A DNA stretch of 64,000 nucleotides from Thiobacillus sp. (GTDB lineage Bacteria; Pseudomonadota; Gammaproteobacteria; Burkholderiales; Thiobacillaceae): assembly GCA_024709685.1 (NCBI GenBank), contig JANJWF010000011.1, positions 9,441 to 73,440 on the forward strand, given 5' to 3'. Made by a program: the position numbers and the translations under genes. Within the stretch, counting starts at the first letter, position 1. Every line of letters begins with the position of its first letter. Shown here one piece after another: positions 20,513 through 28,764 of this stretch. A model generated the notes under the pieces. It worked only from the letters and a program-made list of their open reading frames with translations, ran no database searches and was not told where the DNA came from.

Positions 20513-22012
20513 TTATTTCCGTAGAGAGCCGCAGGGCAGATTATGAACACTGAGGCGGAGCCGTGCGAGCACGAGGGATTCGATGCCGTCCGGCTGGCCA
20601 CAGGATTTCCAGCTCAGCCACAGGGCGCTGACATAGACCAAGACGCCGATCGCGACCCTGAAAGCCAGGTCCAGATAGATATTCATCATATGCGTGGGTA
20701 ACGCCGACAGTGCGGCGAACATCAGGCCGGCACTCATAAGCGGACGCCACAGCGCCATTCCGATCCGGCTGAAACCGATGTCTGCGCTCGTGCTGATGGT
20801 GTACAGGTTTGTCAGAAAATATATCAGAGTCGATCCCAGACGCGCATAAGCCAGGCCGATTACGCCGAACCTGGGTGCCAGCCAGGCAGCGAGCATCACG
20901 AATACGAGAAGCTCGATCCAGATCATGCGTGCATGGAGCCTGCTGTGCCCGATCAGCAGAAGCAGGCTGGAAAAAGGTGAAACGGCCACTCTGAGTGCGC
21001 CGACGACTGCAAAGATTGCAAGGAAGGGGGCCACCCTAATCCATTTTTCGCCGAGCAGAACCAGGGTCAAGGGTTCAGCGACCGCAACAAATCCGAACGC
21101 AGCGGCTATCGTCAGCGTGTTGATGGCACCCAAGGTTTTCAGGACGGCGGCCTGAACCCGCGGCATGTCATGTTTGATGGTGGAAAGCGTCGGCAGAAAG
21201 GCGCGCATGATGGGAGGGCCGAGTTCGGATGTCGGCATAAGGCCGATTTCCGAGCCCATGTTGTAGATGCCGAGTTCGTGTGCGCTGCCCATGCGGCCTG
21301 CAATCAGCTGGTCCGCCTTGCGTGCGGCAAACGTGCCGACTCCGGAGATGAGCAGCCATTTGCTGAAACCCCACATGGATCGTATCTTGGCGGTATTCCA
21401 CCTGGGCCGGTACGGGTGCATGAAATAGCTGAGGAATACGTTGCTGACGTGCCCCAATGCGAGGCCGGCGACCAGCGCGCGGTAATCCCTGAGAAAGAGC
21501 GCGGCGATGATGGTGGCGACCACGCCGATCAGTTTCCCGACAATCCGGTAGCGGAATTCAAGCTTGAATTCGAAGTTCTTGCGTGCCAGGGTGATGCCGA
21601 TATTGGTGAGTCCATCGAAAAGCAGGCAGGCCGCGATGACCCAGATGACCCAGACGACGCGTGGCTCGTTGAAGTAAACACCGGCGAGGGGAGCGGAAAG
21701 TGCGAGGAGCGTGGCGACGAAGCCTCCCTGGATGATCTGGAGCGACCATGCCGAATCGATGAAATCGCGGTCGAGCGTTTGTTTTCGCAGGATATTGATC
21801 TGGGCGCCGAAATCCACTAGAACTTCGGCCATCCCGGCAAACAGCATGGCCATTGCAACGATGCCGTAGTCCTCGGGAGAAATGATGCGCGCGAGGATAA
21901 CGGTGCTGATCAGGCCCAGAAGCTTGATTCCCCAGCGCATCGCCATGCCCCATGCGGCGCCACGGATGAAGGTGGATTGAAGACGCACCGGTTTGGCTGG
22001 GGTTTCGGTCAT
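20513..22012 (-). CDS. wzx: Polysaccharide flippase (Wzx/PST family)
   Basis: ILARIISPEDYGIVAMA, DFG, and about 12-14 TM segments. Confidence 0.88.
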   Translation of the reverse strand: MTETPAKPVRLQSTFIRGAAWGMAMRWGIKLLGLISTVILARIISPEDYGIVAMAMLFAGMAEVLVDFGAQINILRKQTLDRDFIDSAWSLQIIQGGFVATLLALSAPLAGVYFNEPRVVWVIWVIAACLLFDGLTNIGITLARKNFEFKLEFRYRIVGKLIGVVATIIAALFLRDYRALVAGLALGHVSNVFLSYFMHPYRPRWNTAKIRSMWGFSKWLLISGVGTFAARKADQLIAGRMGSAHELGIYNMGSEIGLMPTSELGPPIMRAFLPTLSTIKHDMPRVQAAVLKTLGAINTLTIAAAFGFVAVAEPLTLVLLGEKWIRVAPFLAIFAVVGALRVAVSPFSSLLLLIGHSRLHARMIWIELLVFVMLAAWLAPRFGVIGLAYARLGSTLIYFLTNLYTISTSADIGFSRIGMALWRPLMSAGLMFAALSALPTHMMNIYLDLAFRVAIGVLVYVSALWLSWKSCGQPDGIESLVLARLRLSVHNLPCGSLRK

Positions 22013-22262
22013 TCGCCTTGCTTCGGGGTTGTTTGAGGGGCTGACCTGACAGGTCCAACGCTAAGGCTAGCCTATATGAAAACCATCATCAGAATTCTGC
22101 TTGAGGATGGATGAGCGGCGTACGTTCTTCTGCCCGGATATTTGCTATCTTCATGTGTGTCGGGCTCTTGATCGACGAATATTGCCCGACGATATAGGTC
22201 GGCGGTCTGTTTTTCATGGCCGCTGTTCGGGATCGAGCTTAAAGCGAGTCGATGGGGGCAGC

Positions 22263-24368
22263 ATGGGGCGCAGGACGGACATCTCTGGTGGAAGAGGGCG
22301 TTTGGCCCGTCATGACCTCTATGTGGTGCTGGCGGTGTCCGCGTGCTTCGTGCTGGTGCTGATAGCGAAATCTGCCATGGATTTCTCGCGCTCGGGCCCG
22401 CAAATCGCCGACGAGATCGCACGCTCCTACCTGGGTTATGCCGTGTATGCGCTCGCGCGCCTGGGCGCATGGGCCTTCGCGATCACTGCATTGATGGCTG
22501 CGGCGGGCGTATTTGTCTATCACTGTCTCGCAACCGTGTTCAAGTGGCGTTATCGATGGCAGCTCGCCTTGGGGTCGGCGATTCTCGCGGCCGGCATCAT
22601 CACCTTCACGAGTTTTGTCCATTTTCTTCTCTACATGCCCGGTGGTGTCATGGCCTCGTTCAATTACCGGGCCAACCGCCTGTACCCGTTATGGGAGATA
22701 TTGACGCCCGGCCGGGTGACCATGCTGGAGTGGGGCGTCGTGCTGCTGTTTGCAGTGCCAGCCCTGCTTGCCCTGGTGGTGCTGATGCGGCGCCGTGAAT
22801 GGCGGAGATCCGCGCTGGTGACAGGTATTGCCGTGCCGCCGATGGCGTTGCTGCTCGGGTGGAACGGGATTCATGAACCGTCTGCCGCTCCGCTGCCGGC
22901 CTCGAGCCAGGGACGCCCCAACATACTCATGATCGGTTCCGATACGCTCCGGGCCGATCGCCTGGGGGTCAATGGCTATACGCGTGCGCTCACGCCCAAC
23001 ATCGACGGCCTTGCCGCGAAAGGCACCAATTTTTCCCAATATATCGTGCCGATCGGCCGCACCGCACCCAGTCTGTTGTCGCTTCTGACCGGAACCTGGC
23101 CGCATACGCATGGGGTACGCGACAATTATGTCGGGGATCGGGAGACGCAGTTGCCGCATCCCGCGCTACCCGGGATTCTCGCCGACGCGGGGTATCGGAC
23201 TGCAGTCGTCGGCGACTGGGCGGGCAGCGACCTGGGCAAGTTCGATCTTGGCTTCGGGCACGTGGATACTTCCCCGGACCAATGGAATCTGAAATACCTG
23301 CTGCGCCAGGGGCCGAAGGATATTCGGCTTTTTCTTTCGCTCTTCACCCACAACCGTTTTGGCAAGCGTTTCCTGCCCGAAGTCTATTACCTCGCAGGGA
23401 TGCCGCTGACGAGCGAAGTGGGGCGTGATGCGCGGGAAGAGATCCGATCGCTGGCCGGGCAGGGGAGTCCGTTTTTTCTGGATGTTTTCATCGCCTCCAC
23501 GCACGGCCCGTTCAGCGCCCCCTATCCTTATTACCGGCTGTACGCAGATCCCGGCTACCGGGGCGATTCCCTATTCTCCATGTCCAGCGTTTCGTCAGTG
23601 GAGGAGGTGCTGAAAGCACAGGAAGAGGGCAAGCAGCACTTTGACGTCCGCCAGATATTCGATCTCTACGACGGGGCGGTCAAAAGCTTCGACGACGAGG
23701 TCGGCAGGATACTTGGCTTCCTGCGGGACAGTGGCCTCGACAAGAATACGATCGTGGTCATATACAGCGATCATGGGACCGACCTGTTCGAAGGGGAGAC
23801 CTGGGGCCAGGGCAACATCGTTTCCGACTTCGGCCACCGCGTGCCTCTGGTTATCCATGATCCGCGCCGGCCGCCGACGGGCAGTGTGCGACGTACCATC
23901 CGTACGGTCGACGTCGCGCCGACGCTGCTCGATCTCGCCAAGATCCCGGTTCCCCCGTTTATCGAGGGTACGTCGCTTCTGCCGTTCCTGGAACGCGGCA
24001 ACGCCGAACCCGATCGCGTCGCTTTTGCGGAAACAGGCATCTGGATCGCGAAAAAAGTTCGCGGCCTCCCCAAGGACCGAATCGCCTACCCTTCGGTGCT
24101 CGAACTGCTGGAAATCACGGACAAGAAAACCGGAGCCCTGTCGATCAAATCCGAGTACAGGGAGACCGTCATTCGCGCGAAATCACGGCTCGCCCGGGAA
24201 GGACGCTGGGCACTGGTCTATTTCCCGCTCGAAGATGGCGAGCAGTACACGCTCTATGATCTCCAGACCGATATCGCCATGCGCCACGACGTCATCGCGC
24301 AGCAACCGGAAGTCGCGGCGCGGCTCAAGGCAAAATTGCGCGAGTGGATGCTGAAGGAACGGGTGTAG
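22263..24368 (+). CDS. Membrane-anchored sulfatase/alkaline-phosphatase-superfamily protein (Thr at the nucleophile position)
   Basis: About 5 N-terminal TMs, then RPNILMIGSDTLRAD, RTAPSLLSLLTG, THGP, YDGAV, YSDHG, VPLVI, DVAPTLLDL and LYDL. Start uncertain (ORF open from 22101). Confidence 0.82.
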   Translation: MGRRTDISGGRGRLARHDLYVVLAVSACFVLVLIAKSAMDFSRSGPQIADEIARSYLGYAVYALARLGAWAFAITALMAAAGVFVYHCLATVFKWRYRWQLALGSAILAAGIITFTSFVHFLLYMPGGVMASFNYRANRLYPLWEILTPGRVTMLEWGVVLLFAVPALLALVVLMRRREWRRSALVTGIAVPPMALLLGWNGIHEPSAAPLPASSQGRPNILMIGSDTLRADRLGVNGYTRALTPNIDGLAAKGTNFSQYIVPIGRTAPSLLSLLTGTWPHTHGVRDNYVGDRETQLPHPALPGILADAGYRTAVVGDWAGSDLGKFDLGFGHVDTSPDQWNLKYLLRQGPKDIRLFLSLFTHNRFGKRFLPEVYYLAGMPLTSEVGRDAREEIRSLAGQGSPFFLDVFIASTHGPFSAPYPYYRLYADPGYRGDSLFSMSSVSSVEEVLKAQEEGKQHFDVRQIFDLYDGAVKSFDDEVGRILGFLRDSGLDKNTIVVIYSDHGTDLFEGETWGQGNIVSDFGHRVPLVIHDPRRPPTGSVRRTIRTVDVAPTLLDLAKIPVPPFIEGTSLLPFLERGNAEPDRVAFAETGIWIAKKVRGLPKDRIAYPSVLELLEITDKKTGALSIKSEYRETVIRAKSRLAREGRWALVYFPLEDGEQYTLYDLQTDIAMRHDVIAQQPEVAARLKAKLREWMLKERV

Positions 24369-24422
24369 ATCAACGCTTCCTTCAATTCGTGCGGATTTCC
24401 ATCCGTTGAGCTGCAGGCGAGC

Positions 24423-25196
24423 TCAGGGGCAGAACCGGCAGTAAGGATTGGTTGGCGACCCGATCTGTTCGTCGGCGCGCGGAGCTTGCCCTGCCTGGTC
24501 AGGCTGGGTGGCAGCCTGCTGCGGCGTCTCGGGTTTGGCAAAGGTTTTCGTTCCGCCCAGTTTGGCGTAACGCTCTTTCAGGTTCGGCGCCGCGGGTGAA
24601 ACACCCAGTCCTTCCTCCAGGGTTTGCAGCGCCAGCGTTTTTTTTCCTGAATCCGCGTAGTAATTGCTCAACTCGATGTAGGACTGGGCGAAATCGGGAT
24701 TCAACTGGATGGCACGCTTCAGTTGGAGCACAGCCTCTTCCCCGCGCTTCAGCTTGATGAGCGAGAGGCCTTTTTGCATGTGCAGTTCGGGCAGGATGAG
24801 CGAGCCTGGGCCAACCCTTGTAATGACATAGTCGTACTGGTTGATCGATTTGAGCAACTCGGCCTGGCGATCCGCGGGACTGGATTGATATTCTGCACGC
24901 AAGGCAGCAGTCAATCCGAAACAATAATGATGAAGATGCCAGAAATCCTTTCCATACATCTTCACGAACGGCTTGGTCACGGCGTCCTGGTTGCTGGCGG
25001 ACTGCTGGCGACCGTAGCGTTTGCTGATAATCTGCGTATGAGGACAATAGGCGGGAAGCCGGGTGAGCTCCGCGGGAGTGGGAATGCGGGAATCCTTCTC
25101 CACCGCAACGTCCGCGTGAGCGCCGAATGAGACAAACAGGTTTGCTGCGCAAGCGATCAGGATGAACGCGGCAGCTTTTTCTCGAATCGAATTCAT
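24423..25196 (-). CDS. Secreted tetratricopeptide-repeat protein with C-terminal CxxCP
   Basis: Signal peptide ending AHA-D, TPR helices (EAVLQLKRAIQLNPDFAQSY, ALQTLEEGLGVSP), Pro/Gln linker, C-terminus NPYCRFCP. Confidence 0.78.
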   Translation of the reverse strand: MNSIREKAAAFILIACAANLFVSFGAHADVAVEKDSRIPTPAELTRLPAYCPHTQIISKRYGRQQSASNQDAVTKPFVKMYGKDFWHLHHYCFGLTAALRAEYQSSPADRQAELLKSINQYDYVITRVGPGSLILPELHMQKGLSLIKLKRGEEAVLQLKRAIQLNPDFAQSYIELSNYYADSGKKTLALQTLEEGLGVSPAAPNLKERYAKLGGTKTFAKPETPQQAATQPDQAGQAPRADEQIGSPTNPYCRFCP

Positions 25197-25211
25197 GGTC
25201 TGTTCCTCAGT

Positions 25212-26372
25212 TTAGTCTGCCTGGAGCAGGGCACGGGTTTTGGCGGCGACCGCTTCCCAGGAGAATTCCTGCGTGGCGCGCCGGTGGCCTGCCTGGCCGA
25301 GGCGCATGCGCAGTGCCTCGTCGCCCAGCAGCGCCTTCAATGCCCCGGCAACCTGCCCGGGATCTTCGCCTGAGACCCGATAGCCCGTAACCCCGTCTTC
25401 AACGGCTGCGCCCGTTCCGCCCGCGTCGCCGGCGACGGAAGGCTTGCCGCAAGCGGCGGCCTCAAGAAAGACCATGCCGAAGCCCTCCGTATCGCCGTTG
25501 ATGGCCCGATTCGGCATGGCAAATAGATCGCAGGCGTTGTACCAAAGGGGCAGGTCCTCAAGCAAGACATGGCCCAGCAGGTGCACACGATCCGCCACGC
25601 CGAGGTCGCGCGCCTGCTCGGTGAGGTAATCATGATCCTTGCCGATTCCGATGAGTGCGTAGTGGGCATCGATGCCGTTTTCGATCAGTCCTGGCATGGC
25701 CTGGACGATCCGGTCGAAACCCTTGCGCCGGCTGAGTCGACCGACCGAGAGGATCAGCTTCTGCCCGGTGCGCATGCCGATCGACGCCCGTAGATGGCTG
25801 GCGGGCAGGTTTGGCCTGAAGCGTTCGATGTCCACGCCCGGCGAGATGACCGTGATGCGCTCGGGTCGCACGCCGAGTTTCAGCAACTCGTTGCGGGTGA
25901 AATCGCTGTTGGCAACGATGCGATCGGCCCGCCGATAGACGAAGCGCATGGCCTTGGATTTGCCGGGGTTGTGCCAACTGGTGATCTCCTCGCCATGAGC
26001 ATAGACAACAAGCGGCTTGCCGGCGAGGCGTGCGATGAGCCAGCCAACCAGTCCTTCCGGCAGCACCCGGCCTGCGTGCACCGCGCGCACCCCATGCCTG
26101 TGCACCACCCGCAAGCCCGTGAGCAGCAGCTTGAGGTACATCGCCAGGGATTCCGGCTTCAGCCACCGGTGCCGGCGGAGCGAGACGCGATGAATGCTGT
26201 TCGGGTGCTCGCGGTCGATATCCGCCGCGCCCGGCACATCCGCTGTCACGATGTGAATATGCCTGCCGCCGAGCAGGCGATAGACCGCATCGAACCAGAC
26301 GGCCGTCCCGCCTTTTGTGGGCAAGAACAGTTCGGTGATGACCAGGAGTCCGGGGGTATCGGTATCCGGCAT
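25212..26372 (-). CDS. Glycosyltransferase family 4 (PimB-like)
   Basis: FLPTKGG, AHGEE, VGRLSRRKGFD, EGFGMVFLEAAACGKP. Confidence 0.88.
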   Translation of the reverse strand: MPDTDTPGLLVITELFLPTKGGTAVWFDAVYRLLGGRHIHIVTADVPGAADIDREHPNSIHRVSLRRHRWLKPESLAMYLKLLLTGLRVVHRHGVRAVHAGRVLPEGLVGWLIARLAGKPLVVYAHGEEITSWHNPGKSKAMRFVYRRADRIVANSDFTRNELLKLGVRPERITVISPGVDIERFRPNLPASHLRASIGMRTGQKLILSVGRLSRRKGFDRIVQAMPGLIENGIDAHYALIGIGKDHDYLTEQARDLGVADRVHLLGHVLLEDLPLWYNACDLFAMPNRAINGDTEGFGMVFLEAAACGKPSVAGDAGGTGAAVEDGVTGYRVSGEDPGQVAGALKALLGDEALRMRLGQAGHRRATQEFSWEAVAAKTRALLQAD

Positions 26373-26377
26373 GGCGA

Positions 26378-27460
26378 TCAGTCGGTCCTCATTGGCGAAA
26401 TGTTCGAGAAGAATGCCTGCAGTTCGCGCTCGCAGCGGGCTTCCAGCGCACCGAACCCGGCCTCGTCTGCGTACCCGGGCCACCGCACTTTCTGCGCCCC
26501 GTGATTGAAGCTCGCCAGCAACCCGATATCCGCATTGCGGACGCCGACCGCATCCAGCATGCCGGCCGCGACCTGCTCGAAATCCGAAATCAATTCCTCA
26601 TAACAAATCGAAACGTCGCTGTAGGCACGACCGAAGGTGTAGGAAAGCCGCCACAGCATGTAGTGCAGCTCATAGGGATGTTTGCCCGCCGGTTCGAGGA
26701 GCGGAAACACGTGTCGCAGGTCACGGGCCCACTCGAGCGTATAGAAGCCATCCGGCTCAGATAATTGATCCGGGCCGACCGATTCGGCAGGATGGATGCG
26801 CGGGCCCTTGCCGATGATCGACATCCATTGTTCGCGTGGGTGCCGATAAAGATGGATTATTTTTGCTTGCGGGAAATGGGCGCGCAACCAGGGCAATCGG
26901 AAATCCACCCGATTGAACTGCAAGACCGCACGGCCATGTGCGCGCTTCACCAATTCGTTGATGTAGCGCTCCATGTTCGGGTTGTGGTGGGTTTCGTCCA
27001 TGTATAGGCCATGAAAGGCCCATCGTGTATCGAAAATCCTGTCCAGATCTTCCATGCCCTCGTACCCGGTACGGTAATCGTCGACTCCGATATGCGTGAC
27101 ATCGACACGGGCGTTGCTTTTTCCTTTCTTGAACCATTTCGCCTCGTTGAACGGCTCGTAATAGGCGGTGATGTCGGCGATGTGCCTGAACAGTTGCCAG
27201 AGGAAGGTCGAGCCCGAACGGAAGCGTGCCGTGATGAATATTGGTGCGGGTTCGGGCGAAGCGACGCTGGAAGCGATCGTGGGCTGGCCATATCGGCCGG
27301 GCAGAGGCGCCAACGACACCTTGGCTAGTGAAGGCGGATGCGCCTGCGTAAACAGCTCGCGTCCTGCCTGCCAAAGTTTTTCGCCGACGTAGCGGGTCGC
27401 GAACAAACGGTCGACCAGGCTGTAAAAAGGCATTTTTATAGTTCTTTTTATTTCATTCAT
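26378..27460 (-). CDS. PAPS-dependent sulfotransferase family protein
   Basis: PIFITARFRSGSTFL, YEP, FPQAKIIHLYRHPREQWMS, ICYEEL. Confidence 0.82.
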   Translation of the reverse strand: MNEIKRTIKMPFYSLVDRLFATRYVGEKLWQAGRELFTQAHPPSLAKVSLAPLPGRYGQPTIASSVASPEPAPIFITARFRSGSTFLWQLFRHIADITAYYEPFNEAKWFKKGKSNARVDVTHIGVDDYRTGYEGMEDLDRIFDTRWAFHGLYMDETHHNPNMERYINELVKRAHGRAVLQFNRVDFRLPWLRAHFPQAKIIHLYRHPREQWMSIIGKGPRIHPAESVGPDQLSEPDGFYTLEWARDLRHVFPLLEPAGKHPYELHYMLWRLSYTFGRAYSDVSICYEELISDFEQVAAGMLDAVGVRNADIGLLASFNHGAQKVRWPGYADEAGFGALEARCERELQAFFSNISPMRTD

Positions 27461-27503
27461 GAGTTTCGCTGGTTGAATCCTTGAACGAATGGAAGACCTG
27501 ATG

Positions 27504-28553
27504 TCAGGCCGCGCCGGCAGCGTAGTCGGGGATGACCGTAAGGCCGTGCAGGGCTTCGTGCGGGTGATCCGAGAGGCTCAACTGGCGCCGGATGCGGCCG
27601 TCGGCGAGGTCGACTTCAAGTACCGCGCAAGGAGCAATCCCGACCAGCAGCCGTTCGGGGCCGATCTGAGTCAGGCCGCGTACCCATTTGGCGGGGAGCG
27701 GGATCTCGTGCAGCAAGCGCCCTGTGCCCGATTCGCTGACCACAAGCGCCTTGCGCTCCGAGGCGACTGCGACGCGGCCGTCGTCGAGGAGTTGGCCATT
27801 GTGGTTCGGACGCAGGGCGGGATAACGGGCCAATACGCTGAAATTGCCCAGGCCTGGTCCCGAGAGCCGAACGACATACGAGGCGCTGCCATGCGCCCAA
27901 TCGTAGAGCTTGCGCCGGAATCGCCCCATGCGATGGGCTTCGAAACCGGGTGCGGGAAGCAGTCGCCGCAGGCCTCGATGCAGCAGGTCCTCAGGGCGAA
28001 CCTTCCCGAGATGAATGATCACGCTGCCGTCGGCCTGGTATTGAACGCAGTTCAGATGGGTCCGGTCCAGGTCGCCGGGAAGGTGCTTGCGATAGTCGTG
28101 GTCGAGGTCCAGCGGCGGGACATCGATTTTCAGCCTGCGCATCAATTCCGGTGCGTGTGAGATGTGCCAGTGGCCGAGCAGTTCAGCGTCGAAGGAGAGT
28201 TTGACGATGAGATCGCTCCGCGAACAACTCAGCCATATGCCTTCGATTCCGATATCGATTTCATGGATATCGGTTGCCAGCGGATGTGAAATTTCAGCGA
28301 CTTGGTTCCAGTTCCGGTCGTATACGTAGACGGTATCGTAATTCGCGACATAGCAGCGGCCTTGCCAGAACTTGACCCCGCGGCCACCGCGCAGTCCGCC
28401 ACGCGGATTAGTGTTCGAACTCGGGTGTTTGGGCGGCGGTACTGGCATGGCACGCTCGATTTCACCCTGTTTCCAGTCGATCACCAGCATCTGGCCGGTG
28501 GCTTCCCGGCCGACTGCCGAATGACGGATGACTGTGGTCGCGACGAGTTTCAT
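27504..28553 (-). CDS. Hypothetical beta-propeller protein, possibly arylsulfotransferase-like
   Basis: Repeated short beta-strand blades and His motifs DIHEI, THLNCV, PNHNG and LHGL. No clear signal peptide. Confidence 0.6.
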   Translation of the reverse strand: MKLVATTVIRHSAVGREATGQMLVIDWKQGEIERAMPVPPPKHPSSNTNPRGGLRGGRGVKFWQGRCYVANYDTVYVYDRNWNQVAEISHPLATDIHEIDIGIEGIWLSCSRSDLIVKLSFDAELLGHWHISHAPELMRRLKIDVPPLDLDHDYRKHLPGDLDRTHLNCVQYQADGSVIIHLGKVRPEDLLHRGLRRLLPAPGFEAHRMGRFRRKLYDWAHGSASYVVRLSGPGLGNFSVLARYPALRPNHNGQLLDDGRVAVASERKALVVSESGTGRLLHEIPLPAKWVRGLTQIGPERLLVGIAPCAVLEVDLADGRIRRQLSLSDHPHEALHGLTVIPDYAAGAA

Positions 28554-28764
28554 GGCCGTAGTGTGAATCCCGGGTTGGTGCTGAGCATGATATGGGGGTG
28601 AGCAGTCACCATATTAGTACCCATGGAAGCGTGCACGACTTTACCGGGCAATTGTCCCCGGCGAGGCGGGAATGTTTGCCCCGAAAGCCACATAAGGCGT
28701 GGCCGGCCGGAATGACGGACCAGGTTTGGTTACAATCGGACCAACGTCCACTCAGCGATTCTTC

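Noticed and set aside
25212-27460. Frameshifted sulfotransferase-glycosyltransferase fusion
   Set aside because: Both ORFs look complete, and the GT has its own ATG 5 bp after the sulfotransferase stop.
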